Positions 38,101 through 46,933 of a DNA stretch of 64,000 bases are shown here, one piece after another. This stretch comes from an uncultured Candidatus Peribacteria bacterium (GTDB lineage Bacteria > Patescibacteriota > Gracilibacteria > RBG-16-42-10), in NCBI GenBank assembly GCA_964514565.1, contig CAZERA010000001.1, forward strand, positions 186,001 through 250,000, read 5' to 3'. Numbering within the stretch: the first letter of the stretch is position 1; the number at the start of each line of letters is the position of its first letter. The notes beneath the pieces were generated by a model. The model was not told where the DNA came from. It searched no databases and saw only the letters and a program-made list of their open reading frames with translations. Position numbers and translations under genes: made by a program.

Positions 38101-41047
38101 AAGCGGTAGTGATGGACGTACTCAGGTAGCCTTCACAATTGCTGATGGGGGTGACTATCATGTGGTAGCCAGAGTGAGAGACAATAAACAACATGAAGCA
38201 AAAGCAGCCGCCAATATCACCGTCAGCAGTGAACAATATGTGAGCTGGGGTAGAGAAAATAATGACCGCATGGAAATTATTCCTGACAAGAAGTCATACA
38301 GTATCGGTGATACTGCAAAGTTGGTGGTGAAATCACCTTATGCCGGTGTAAAGGCGCTCTTAACAATCGAGCGTAACAATGTAATTGAAAAGCGAATTGT
38401 TGATCTTCCAACTACAGCTACCGTGCTAGAGGTACCACTCACAGAGGCTTACTTACCCAATGTGTTTGTCTCAGTGGTAGCGGTGAAAGGATATGGTCAA
38501 GACAATGCACCGGGCTTCAAAATTGGCTACGTAAATTTACGCATCGATAATGTTGCTCGTGCACTCAAAATTAAGATGACTCCAGATAAGGCGATTTATA
38601 ATCCTCAAGATCAGGTGAATCTGGATGTCTTTGTAACTGACCAACAAGGTAAGCCAATGGCTGGTGACTTTGCTTTAGCAGTAGTAGATGAAAGTTTATT
38701 AGCGATCACGGGTGAAAATCGTGATGATATTTTAGAGCGATTTTTTGGCCAACGTTCTTTGGTAGTAACAACTTTTGATAGTTTGGTTACTTTGATTGAT
38801 CGTATTGATATCAAAAAGGGCCAAGGTGCTAAAGGTGGTGATGGTAATGATGCTCTCAAGAAACGCAGTAATTTCAAAGATACTGCTTACTTCAATGGTC
38901 ATGTAGTGACTGATGCACAAGGTCATGCCAAAGTGCAATTTGCTCTTCCTGACAATATTACTACTTGGCAACTATGGATGGTGGGAAGTACTGATGATAC
39001 GTATGTAGGCAGTGAGAAGATTCATATGGTTGCTCGCAAAGATGTCTTTGTAGAAACCCTGATTCCTCAGTTTTTGGTCGAGGGTGATCAAGTCCAAGTG
39101 GGAGGGTTAGTCCAAAATCTGACGGACAAATCTGTCGATGGTAAGGTGAGTTTGTCTGTCCAACAAGCTACTATCATTGGAGGTGAGGTAGAACAGAATC
39201 TTACTATCAATGCTACTGGCAAAAATACTGCTCATTGGACTATCGATGTGCCAGCTAAATCTACCCAGGTTACTTTTCGCTATACTTTCAAGAATGCTCA
39301 GTATGAAGATGTAGTAGAAAAAACTATTCCTGTTTATCCTTATTGGACTAAACAATCAGTTTCTTTTGGTAATGTTGTCCGGGCCAAGACTATGGAAGAA
39401 GTAGTGTTGCCTTTCGGTACTATTGTAGATCAAGGCAATCTCAAACTGAGTATCGCTTCATCTCTTTTGGATCTGAGTAAGGATATTTTGCCTGCTTATG
39501 GACCAACAGAGTTGTATCGTGATACCCACAGTAGTGCTACGGTTTTGTTTATTGGTGGTTTGCTCAAGCAAATTGGTGCTCGCTCTGATCAATCGATTAA
39601 TAATGTATGGACAGCAGCAGTGCCTAGTAGTCTACAAGAGCTCTACTATCGCCAAAGAGGGGATGGTGGATTCTCATATTGGCCAAGTGATCTGAATAGC
39701 GATCCTTATTTGTCTACCTTGGTATTGGAGGGTTTTCAAATTGTAAAAAGCTCAAATACTGTCGATCAAAATGTGGAGGATCGGCTCAGAGATTATTTAA
39801 CTGGTTATTACAATAATACTGAGTTAGTGCTCCCTGCTGATGTCGCTTCTTATGTCGGTATTCGTCGTGAAGAGGCAGAGAATCAACTTCGTACTGATGC
39901 TGATACTTTGGCTTATATCGCTAATGTGATGGGTGCAGATAAAGATCATGTTTTGTCTCTGCAACACGTCTTGGATCACAAAGATCAACTATCTCTCTGG
40001 GGACAAGCAAACTTAGCTATGGCTGCGCATGCTCAGAAGCGTGACGATATTGCAAATACGCTCAAACAAAACATTGAGAACAAATTGCTAACCACAGCTA
40101 CTCAGGCCCATTTTGAAGAAGAGAATTATAATCCTTGGACATTGGCTACTCCTATTCGTACCAATGAAGCGATTCTCAGAATGTATCTTTATCTCAATGG
40201 GGATGAAAAAGTACAAGCAAACTTAATTCGGTTTATTCTCCGGAGTCGAGTGAATAGTCGCTTTGACTCTAATGCTGAGTTGATTGATTGGTTGAAAATT
40301 AGTGCTGAGTTTTTACAGTTTAAAGGAGTTAACAAAAATGTGACTTGGACTGTGGCTCTCAATGAAGCTAATCTGCCGCTCACTACTGCCACTACCGAAA
40401 GTGGCATCACTAGTGAGATCTCTGTACCACTCAGTCAGCTTCAAGCCAATGGTGCAATCAATTCGCTGACGTTTGATCATACTGGTACTGGTGCTCTGTT
40501 TTATGAAGGTACCCTGACCTATCAAGTCGCCGGTATCGAGGCAAGCCCAGTCACCCAAGGTTTGGGTATTTACCGTGAGTACAACAAGCTCGATGACGTG
40601 CAAAACAAACAAGGAATTACTTCAGCCAAAGTCGGAGAAGATGTGAAGGTGACTCTTACGGTAGTGGTGCCAGAAGACCGTTATCATGTAGCAGTAGAAG
40701 ATTACTTACCTGCTGGATTACAGGCATACAATGTCGACCTCAATCAAGTCTCTCCTGCTCAACAAAAGCTTTTGAATGACTGGCAACAAGAGCCCGAAAT
40801 GAAAGATGGTTCCACACCTGACTACTATCCTGATTTCTATCCTATCTATTGGCAAAATCAAGAAATCAGAGCAGATCGTGTCGCCGTGTTTGCTGATCAT
40901 CTAGCAAAAGGTGTCTATCAATTTAGCTACTTGGCACATACCACCCTTCCAGGTAACTTCAAAGTAAGACCTGCGCGTGTATCAGAGCAATTCTTTCCTG
41001 ACGTATTTGGATCAACGGGAGCTAGTACTTGGCAGGTCACTCCTTAG
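35129..41047 (+). CDS. membrane-anchored alpha-2-macroglobulin family protein with N-terminal Ig-like (Big_5) repeats; no thioester motif
   Basis: TDRPLYLPGQ (MG2), VQEYKKP, LAVVDESLL, RSNFKDTAYF, LPDNITTW, Q..DGGFSYW, EDYLPAG, EIRADRV, YLAHTT.PG.F. Confidence 0.92.
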   Translation: MSSTPKSKWPSILLTGLIVLVVIAGGAVASYHYLLKPPQVLGDELAIGQIQKIDISAPIRISFSHSMDRDSVEHAFHVSPAIKGVMKWEGNTLSFTPEKTEVQANKQYSVWIDTTAQDIFRKKLQTAFYQQFETAGPPQVIMHLPQGVAEKENSPITVVFDRPMVPVTTLGASVNLGFPLKIEPNVAGTYKWLGTNTIQFIPDHLVAATSYTVTVPKGITDLYGAALPQDTIWQFDTEHPDVLFTYPPDQYNKAGNKTEVTIQFNQKMDQHSLEQNIDWQTKDTNQKIPYTLKLDDTLTKVSLTPNVALPKASDLVVLIHKGVKSAEGAYTLASDYSWIFTTVGDPRIEESTPKEKEVLPNNYGVDIRFTNPMVPAGADQFVTVEPKIEDQFNEMSAYDEGLNLHISGGFLPSTKYKVTINKNWTDTFGQKLGQDFVLNFETDALPADIAFIGRQRLGLLDGYREKLEHVLQAINVGKADLGLYKLSRDDLWNEYYNIRRYTYGDEKYIAGKLLSSWSVDSPNPLNQVVQIPVDITNKVQNSGIYTMTLKGQDLPLQQQTFVVSKTALLFKMGADQALVWATDLKTGLPVAGMNIEIQEGPSDTVLSGVTDQNGLFSKDWPQGVKDKLESSYGGLDLLVFGSKDGDMAVTGNDYVWNQGIESWQFHISQGYVEKMRSYIMTDRPLYLPGQAVFWKAMARSEVDGKYQLLPKGTVAEVTVTNNQGDKIVEKTIPLDEHSTAQDTFTLANDAPLGSYYVDVKINGQTASAYFQVQEYKKPLFKLDIASDQADYIQGDQAKVTVDARYFFGSSLPNAKVHYQVTSDDYFFSRFDQGDQDYAFTDNDTACFYCEWTGRSDKSRIEGTAYTDENGRLVFTVPTTFTDEKESQVFNVSVDVKDASTQEMVWTSMQFVVHKSDTYVGIASNVYLIKKNESASFPIITTNLLGNPIPNISGDVSLFKRTYSTIKKKGVDGFFYYDSSFDDQLVKNVNFVSGSDGRTQVAFTIADGGDYHVVARVRDNKQHEAKAAANITVSSEQYVSWGRENNDRMEIIPDKKSYSIGDTAKLVVKSPYAGVKALLTIERNNVIEKRIVDLPTTATVLEVPLTEAYLPNVFVSVVAVKGYGQDNAPGFKIGYVNLRIDNVARALKIKMTPDKAIYNPQDQVNLDVFVTDQQGKPMAGDFALAVVDESLLAITGENRDDILERFFGQRSLVVTTFDSLVTLIDRIDIKKGQGAKGGDGNDALKKRSNFKDTAYFNGHVVTDAQGHAKVQFALPDNITTWQLWMVGSTDDTYVGSEKIHMVARKDVFVETLIPQFLVEGDQVQVGGLVQNLTDKSVDGKVSLSVQQATIIGGEVEQNLTINATGKNTAHWTIDVPAKSTQVTFRYTFKNAQYEDVVEKTIPVYPYWTKQSVSFGNVVRAKTMEEVVLPFGTIVDQGNLKLSIASSLLDLSKDILPAYGPTELYRDTHSSATVLFIGGLLKQIGARSDQSINNVWTAAVPSSLQELYYRQRGDGGFSYWPSDLNSDPYLSTLVLEGFQIVKSSNTVDQNVEDRLRDYLTGYYNNTELVLPADVASYVGIRREEAENQLRTDADTLAYIANVMGADKDHVLSLQHVLDHKDQLSLWGQANLAMAAHAQKRDDIANTLKQNIENKLLTTATQAHFEEENYNPWTLATPIRTNEAILRMYLYLNGDEKVQANLIRFILRSRVNSRFDSNAELIDWLKISAEFLQFKGVNKNVTWTVALNEANLPLTTATTESGITSEISVPLSQLQANGAINSLTFDHTGTGALFYEGTLTYQVAGIEASPVTQGLGIYREYNKLDDVQNKQGITSAKVGEDVKVTLTVVVPEDRYHVAVEDYLPAGLQAYNVDLNQVSPAQQKLLNDWQQEPEMKDGSTPDYYPDFYPIYWQNQEIRADRVAVFADHLAKGVYQFSYLAHTTLPGNFKVRPARVSEQFFPDVFGSTGASTWQVTP

Positions 41048-43539
41048 TCCTCATCATAGAAAACTTCTGATCCTTGGGGGCCTTTCTTGATCACTAACCG
41101 ATCAGGGAAGGTCTCTTTTAGTTGATCTACGTGCGTGATGATGAGCATCAAGTGGAAGTATTGTTCTAGCTGGTGGATGATCTGCACAATATGATCGCAT
41201 CCAGTATCATCTTGAGAACCAAATCCTTCATCTATCACCAAGAAGTCGATGCTACCATGAGTATGCTCAGTGAGGAGCTTGGTAAGGGCAATACGGACTG
41301 CTATGTCGATTCTAAATGCCTCACCTCCACTAAAGAGTTCATAGGCACGAGTACCCACACTATCTCCGATCAAAATATCTAAGGTCTCAATCTGAGCATC
41401 TCGGTCGGTCTTGCTTGGACGGGTGAGACTGAGTCTGATGCTCATTGTATGATCAGAGAGGTGACTGAGCACTTCATTGGCATAGTGCTCTAGGCGAGGA
41501 ATACTTTCTTCGATCAACATCTGAGGAATGCCTTTGTTTCCTAACGCTTCCACCAATAATTCTAAGGCTCCGTGTTGTTGGCTTAATTCGGTTTTCTGAG
41601 TAGTTAGCTCTGCTAATTTTGTTGTTAGCTGGGTTTGTTCCTTTTCGCGATGAGTGATTAATACTTGGAGCTGGAGTAAGTACTGGTGTTGTTTCTTGAG
41701 ATTGACTAGTGTTTGCTGTAATTCAACAATAGTAGCTGCATCTCCTGGTCGTGGTTTTTGAGCCTCAAGATTCTGAATCTGAATGGTTATTTCACTCAGA
41801 TTTGCTTCTGTTTCAGTCAAAGAACTTAATTGAAATTTATAGTTTTGTTCGAGTTCACTAATTTTCAGTCTGGCTTCTTGATATTTTTGAGCTTGAAGTT
41901 GAGCTTGTTGTTGTTCTGCTCTTTTTGTTTTTATTGTCTCCCAAGTAGCTGCATCAAAGCCTAAGTGACTTTGTTGTTGGATAAAGCTAGTAAGCTCAGT
42001 CTCTAGTAGGTCTCCTTGAACTTTTTGTTGTTGCTGTAGAGCTTCAATCTGTTGCTTTAAGCTATCTTGCTGAGTTTTTTTTACTTCAAATGCATGGAGA
42101 TTATTTTGTTGTACTTGAATAGCTTTTGTTAGTTCATTGATAGTTTGCTCTGTGGTTTTACGGTTGACGACAGCTTGGTCATGAATCTGTTTGTACTCTT
42201 GGTAGGTAGCTAATAAATCTTCACGTTCTTTGGTGTATTTATCTAAAATAGTGTGCTTATGGTTTTGATCGATATGTTGCTCACAGAGAGGACATTCGTC
42301 ATCCATAGTAGTGACTGCTTCTTTACGTTTATTGATTTGATTACCTTGATCAATAATCGACTGCATTTGTTGCTCTAGTTTGGCAATAGTCTGGGCCGTT
42401 TCTAATAGTGATTGCTGTTTCTGGTTCAACTCGATCTTTGAGGCTTCAAGCAGCTGCGGATCGCCACTAATGACTGTATCATCAGTGAATTGTTGGAGTT
42501 TTAATTGCAGTTGTTGTAATTGCTGATTGGAGTCTGTGGTATATTTTTCAATTTGCTTCTGGAGAGTCTGAATACGGTAAGCAATGTCTTGGTGTTTTTG
42601 AAAAACTGCCTGAGCTTGATTGAAGTCAGCTTCTGATTTTTCCCAACTTTCTTGATCAATATTTTGTGGCGCTTCAGCAATGGCTGCTTTGAGTATTACT
42701 AACTCTTGTTGTAGAGCACTACTGCTGTTTTTAAGTTCGTTGATTCTGCTTTGGTGAGTCAGTTGTTTCTGTTTGGCGGTTACCAATTGCTGATCCCATT
42801 CTGCTACCAATTGGCTCTTAATTTGAAGCTTACGTAATGTCTCTTCACTTTCTGCCATTTGTGTTTCTAGGGTGGTCTGATCTTGCTCACTGAGACTAGC
42901 TTTTTGTTGAGCAATCTCTTGTGCGTATTGGGTGAGTGTTTGATTGGTGGAGCTGACATCACGCTCAAGCTGAATCAATTCAGTTTCATTGATTCGTAAG
43001 TTTTTCTTAGCTGCCTCGTGATAGTCTGCATATTTTTCTAACCCTAGCAAAGTAGCTAATAGTTGTTTTCTTTTAGCAGGAGACTTCTGTGTGAATTCTT
43101 GTGATTGGCCTTGGCGTAAAAAGGCAGAGTTAACCAGCAGTTCATAATCAACACCGACTAATTCATCTAGTCTTGCTTGGGTTTGAACAATTGTAGCATC
43201 TGTAAGTACAGTGATTGGTTCAGTAAGACTTTGAAGTTCAAGCACTGAAACAAAACTTTTACCTTTTTTACTGCGCTTTCTTACTACTCGATAGATAGCA
43301 TCACGTACTACAAAATCTAGGCGTACCTCCATATCGCTGCTACCACTATGCATGATTTCATTGTCGCCCCCACTTCGTGTTTTCCCCCACAGAGCCCACA
43401 GAATTGCGTCTAAGATTGAACTTTTACCTGCGCCATTTTTACCGATCAAAAGCAGGATTTTGTACCCAGTGAAATCAATCTCTGTCCCTTGTTCTCCATA
43501 GCTTAAGAAGTTTTTGAGATAGAGTTTGGCTGGATACAT
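41044..43539 (-). CDS. sbcC: SbcC/Rad50-family SMC ATPase
   Basis: GKNGAGKSS Walker A, LRQG Q-loop, CPLC zinc hook, FSGGE signature, IDEGFG Walker B, ITH. Confidence 0.9.
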   Translation of the reverse strand: MYPAKLYLKNFLSYGEQGTEIDFTGYKILLLIGKNGAGKSSILDAILWALWGKTRSGGDNEIMHSGSSDMEVRLDFVVRDAIYRVVRKRSKKGKSFVSVLELQSLTEPITVLTDATIVQTQARLDELVGVDYELLVNSAFLRQGQSQEFTQKSPAKRKQLLATLLGLEKYADYHEAAKKNLRINETELIQLERDVSSTNQTLTQYAQEIAQQKASLSEQDQTTLETQMAESEETLRKLQIKSQLVAEWDQQLVTAKQKQLTHQSRINELKNSSSALQQELVILKAAIAEAPQNIDQESWEKSEADFNQAQAVFQKHQDIAYRIQTLQKQIEKYTTDSNQQLQQLQLKLQQFTDDTVISGDPQLLEASKIELNQKQQSLLETAQTIAKLEQQMQSIIDQGNQINKRKEAVTTMDDECPLCEQHIDQNHKHTILDKYTKEREDLLATYQEYKQIHDQAVVNRKTTEQTINELTKAIQVQQNNLHAFEVKKTQQDSLKQQIEALQQQQKVQGDLLETELTSFIQQQSHLGFDAATWETIKTKRAEQQQAQLQAQKYQEARLKISELEQNYKFQLSSLTETEANLSEITIQIQNLEAQKPRPGDAATIVELQQTLVNLKKQHQYLLQLQVLITHREKEQTQLTTKLAELTTQKTELSQQHGALELLVEALGNKGIPQMLIEESIPRLEHYANEVLSHLSDHTMSIRLSLTRPSKTDRDAQIETLDILIGDSVGTRAYELFSGGEAFRIDIAVRIALTKLLTEHTHGSIDFLVIDEGFGSQDDTGCDHIVQIIHQLEQYFHLMLIITHVDQLKETFPDRLVIKKGPQGSEVFYDED

Positions 43540-43546
43540 GGCGGAT

Positions 43547-43795
43547 TTAATGAATGAGTTCTTGGAGTACTTGATGCACTATCGCGTCGCGTTCTTGCTT
43601 GATTTGGTCAGGATTCCCGATCTGGATACTGACTGACATGCCCGGGGTAATATAGCTTGGCAGATGGGCTATTGGCCATCGTAAGTGTTCACCAGTATTT
43701 TCCACTTCTAGGTCTGCATATGCTCCATCAATTTTCTTGATAGAAGCTGCCAGCAAGTATTGAGAGAGGGCTTGGCTAACTTGTTGAGTAATCAT
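43547..43795 (-). CDS. small hypothetical protein (DUF3006-like)
   Basis: I..IDG.YA.LE......L.WP...LP.....G pattern; 7 nt upstream of sbcC. Confidence 0.55.
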   Translation of the reverse strand: MITQQVSQALSQYLLAASIKKIDGAYADLEVENTGEHLRWPIAHLPSYITPGMSVSIQIGNPDQIKQERDAIVHQVLQELIH

Positions 43796-44020
43796 AAAAC
43801 ACGATTTGATGTTTAGCCCTCAATATACCATTCCAATTTAGGGTATCTACAGTACATAGACAATCTTCCTTTACAAATATTGCTTAGATTGTGTTGCGGT
43901 TGGTTTTGTAATATTGAATGTTACAGTTCGTGGTGAGTAGCGATCCTCATACTTTCTTATCAAGGAATATTTTATAATGAATATTTATAGATTTGTGAGT
44001 ATTATTGTAAACATGGGTTT

Positions 44021-44048
44021 TTGACATGTTTTATTATGGGGCTATAGT
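44021..44048 (+). promoter_or_regulatory. putative promoter of Cys-rich ORFan
   Basis: TTGACA-16 nt-TATAGT, followed by palindromes at 44053-44072 and 44073-44085. Confidence 0.55.
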
Positions 44049-44126
44049 ATTGTCTAATCTTATTAGATTAGATCTTGTTACAAGAAACAGAGTTTTTAAA
44101 TCTTTTAATTATTATTGGTATATACA

Positions 44127-44858
44127 ATGAAAGCATACGAATTTATCACTGGAGCAATAATCGCCACGGCAGCACATTGTGCTTTGTCGTGGGATGATCG
44201 AGAAATTATTGCCAAGCTTCGCCGTGATGCAGCTGCTGCGCTTCCAGCGTGCACCTTTATGCAACATGAACGTGATACTTGTCGTGCAGAACTAGCAAGA
44301 CTTACTCAAAGTAATGCTAGGTTGAATGCTGTTGCTGCTGGTATCAGTCCTCAAATTAGAACAAGGTTGGAAGCAGCTTATGATGCTCGACAAAGATCCC
44401 AATCTGCGCCATTCACAGTAGTAGCTCCTGTGACTAGAGTTGTTAGAAGGGCTACTGTTACAAGACCGCATACAGTACGTCAATCAACGTTGCAGCCTAT
44501 ACATGAGCCAACTAGACAGCGAACTGGAGCAAGTTCTAGTGTTATATACGTCCCAATTGATTCACCACCTCCTGATAGAAATGATCATGTTGACAACGGT
44601 GGTCACAACAATCCATCTGGTGCCTCACCTACATCAAATGGGGAGTGTGAAGTTGGCCAGGCTCGTCACAATGGTGTCTGTATGGTTTGTCCAGAAGGCC
44701 TTGGTCATCATCGAGGTGTATGTGTGAGGTGTCCTCAACAGTCTCTTGGCGGCCATTGTGGTAGATGGGTTCCAAACTGTCCGCCAGATTTACCAAGGTA
44801 TGCTGGCAGTTTTGGTGGTGATGGTAGTTGTTTCGTAGGTACTTGGTCGGAACAGTAA
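44127..44858 (+). CDS. hypothetical protein: N-terminal hydrophobic segment, coiled coil, Pro/Ser/Thr linker, Cys-rich C-terminus
   Basis: 243-codon ORF with its own promoter; repeated C..G...H.GVC..C. Confidence 0.7.
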   Translation: MKAYEFITGAIIATAAHCALSWDDREIIAKLRRDAAAALPACTFMQHERDTCRAELARLTQSNARLNAVAAGISPQIRTRLEAAYDARQRSQSAPFTVVAPVTRVVRRATVTRPHTVRQSTLQPIHEPTRQRTGASSSVIYVPIDSPPPDRNDHVDNGGHNNPSGASPTSNGECEVGQARHNGVCMVCPEGLGHHRGVCVRCPQQSLGGHCGRWVPNCPPDLPRYAGSFGGDGSCFVGTWSEQ

Positions 44859-44908
44859 TTATATGTTCTTTTGTTTTAGGCCAAGCATTTTTGTATTTAC
44901 TAGTGGCC

Positions 44909-45466
44909 CTAAATTCTCTCAAGAATCGCTGGAATAGTATTTATGTTATCTTGACCGCCAAGATGACCTCCCGAAGTAATAATAATATTGGCTTTGAGAT
45001 TCTTAATGAACAAATCTTTATTCTCTTCGAAAGGTACCACTGGATCATCAGTAGAAAGAATAGCTGTGATGTTTTTAGTGTGAACTAATATTTTTTCAAA
45101 ATTGATTGGGGTCTCTAGCCATGGTTTAGCAATAAGTTGAGAGTTTTCGTCGCCAATATTGATAAGAGTAAACCAACCAGCTACAAAAATAGCTTGTTTG
45201 ATTTTTACTGTATTAGGAAGCAATTCTAGGTAACGCATAATGGTCTGACAGCCAATACTGTGACCGATAAAGAGAGTGTCTTCATCTGGTTCTGGTATCA
45301 ATTTGGTCAGATGCTCTACCCAAGCCTTAATAGTGGGTGTATCGCTATCCGGCATAGCTGGAACAGTTACTTGATAGCCATGTTTTTCCAACTCAGTTTG
45401 AGCCCAAGGAAACCAGCCCTCGTCAGGGTAACCATCCCAACCGTGAATGATAAAAGCGCGAAGCAT
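44909..45466 (-). CDS. RBBP9/YdeN-family alpha/beta hydrolase
   Basis: IIHGW.G.P...WFPW, GHSIGC nucleophile, DDP.VP, GGH. Confidence 0.92.
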   Translation of the reverse strand: MLRAFIIHGWDGYPDEGWFPWAQTELEKHGYQVTVPAMPDSDTPTIKAWVEHLTKLIPEPDEDTLFIGHSIGCQTIMRYLELLPNTVKIKQAIFVAGWFTLINIGDENSQLIAKPWLETPINFEKILVHTKNITAILSTDDPVVPFEENKDLFIKNLKANIIITSGGHLGGQDNINTIPAILERI

Positions 45467-45470
45467 GAGA

Positions 45471-45507
45471 AATTAATTAACAATTAACAATTTACAATTA
45501 ACAGTTT
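45471..45507. repeat. 7-mer-based dispersed repeat, copy 2
   Basis: aattaattaacaattaacaatttacaattaacagttt. Confidence 0.75.
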
Positions 45508-45553
45508 GGATGAGCAATCAATTGCTCCGCACCTGCGGACAAAACGCAATGAG

Positions 45554-45585
45554 ACTTCTTACCTCTTAACTCTTACTTTTTACTT
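45554..45585. repeat. degenerate 7-mer tandem repeat (ACYTCTT-like) upstream of miaB
   Basis: acttctt acctctt aactctt acttttt; same unit as the reverse complement of 6976-7012. Confidence 0.65.
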
Positions 45586-45625
45586 ATTTAGATGCTACAT
45601 TCTCCCTGTTCAAATCTAAGAGTTT

Positions 45626-46933
45626 ATGCGCAAATATCATATTACGACATACGGCTGTCAGATGAATGTTTCTGACTCGGAACGAGTTTCTGCTGTTTTG
45701 GAAGCGATGAATTTTGCTCCGGCTAAAACTGAGGCAGAAGCTGATGTTTTGATTTACAACACCTGCTCTGTTCGTCAAAAGTCTGAGAACCGAATTTTGG
45801 GGAGTCGTGACAAATGGCAAGAATTAAAACGAAACAATCCCAACTTGGTGATCGGGGTGACTGGTTGTATGGTTGCTCACAAAGGCTACAACTTTAAGCA
45901 TAAATTACCTGAAGTAGATATCACTTTTGATATTCAAGAATTGCCAAGTTTACCTCAGAAACTTGCTGAAACAATGGGGGTGGATTTGGAGATGCCTGAA
46001 TACAGCGACTATCTCAATATCATTCCCAAAGTAAAAACAAACTTCCAAGTTTTTGTGCCAATCATGACTGGATGTAACAACTTTTGTAGCTTCTGTATTG
46101 TACCTTTCACTAGAGGAAGAGAGCGTAGTAGACCAGTGACTGATGTAATTGATGAGATCAAAGCTTTTGTAGAAAAAGGGGCTAAAGAGGTAACTTTGCT
46201 TGGCCAAAATGTGAATAGTTTTCGTGGTATCAAAGCTGATGGCAAGAAAGCAACGTTTGCTTATTTATTGCAACAAGTAGCAGATATCGAGGGCATAGAA
46301 AGAATCTTCTATACTTCTCCTCATCCAAAAGACATGAAAGAGGATATGATCAAAGCTCATGCCACTATCAAGAAGCTTTGTCCCACCGTACATCTACCGG
46401 TGCAGTCAGGTTCGAGTAGCGTTCTCCGTCGTATGAATCGTTACTACACTAAGGAAAGTTACTTGGAATTAGTGAATCGTTTTTATGAAGCTATTCCAGG
46501 CATTACTATTTCTACTGACATGATTGTCGGTTTCTGTGGTGAGACTGAGGAAGAGTTTCAAGATACCTTGGATCTCTATCGCAAAGCGCGTTTTGATTTG
46601 GTGTTCTTGGGTATGTATTCACCTAGACCACATTCATTGGCATACAAGATGAAAGATGATATTCCCGCCGAAGAAAAGAAACGTCGATTCAATATCGTCC
46701 ATGCATTACAAGAAGAGATTGCTGAAGAAAAGAACAAAGCATACATCGGACAGGTGGTGCATGTGTTAGTTGATAAAGTGAAGAATGGTGTTGCTTCAGG
46801 CCGTTCTGAACATTTCAAATATGTAGAATTTCCAGTCGGTACTAAGAAAACTGGCAGTAAGCTCGGCGACATTGTGTCTGTAAAAATTGATGAAACTTTG
46901 ACATGGGTACTGCGAGGTCAGAAAGTAGCTTAG
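45626..46933 (+). CDS. miaB: tRNA (N6-isopentenyl adenosine(37)-C2)-methylthiotransferase
   Basis: TYGCQMN..DSE, NTCSVR, GC, CNNFCSFCIVP.TRGRERSR radical SAM motif, C-terminal TRAM domain. Confidence 0.95.
   Translation: MRKYHITTYGCQMNVSDSERVSAVLEAMNFAPAKTEAEADVLIYNTCSVRQKSENRILGSRDKWQELKRNNPNLVIGVTGCMVAHKGYNFKHKLPEVDITFDIQELPSLPQKLAETMGVDLEMPEYSDYLNIIPKVKTNFQVFVPIMTGCNNFCSFCIVPFTRGRERSRPVTDVIDEIKAFVEKGAKEVTLLGQNVNSFRGIKADGKKATFAYLLQQVADIEGIERIFYTSPHPKDMKEDMIKAHATIKKLCPTVHLPVQSGSSSVLRRMNRYYTKESYLELVNRFYEAIPGITISTDMIVGFCGETEEEFQDTLDLYRKARFDLVFLGMYSPRPHSLAYKMKDDIPAEEKKRRFNIVHALQEEIAEEKNKAYIGQVVHVLVDKVKNGVASGRSEHFKYVEFPVGTKKTGSKLGDIVSVKIDETLTWVLRGQKVA

Noticed and set aside
6976..45585. Short repeat arrays as CRISPR
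   Set aside because: 7-nt units without unique spacers; no cas genes
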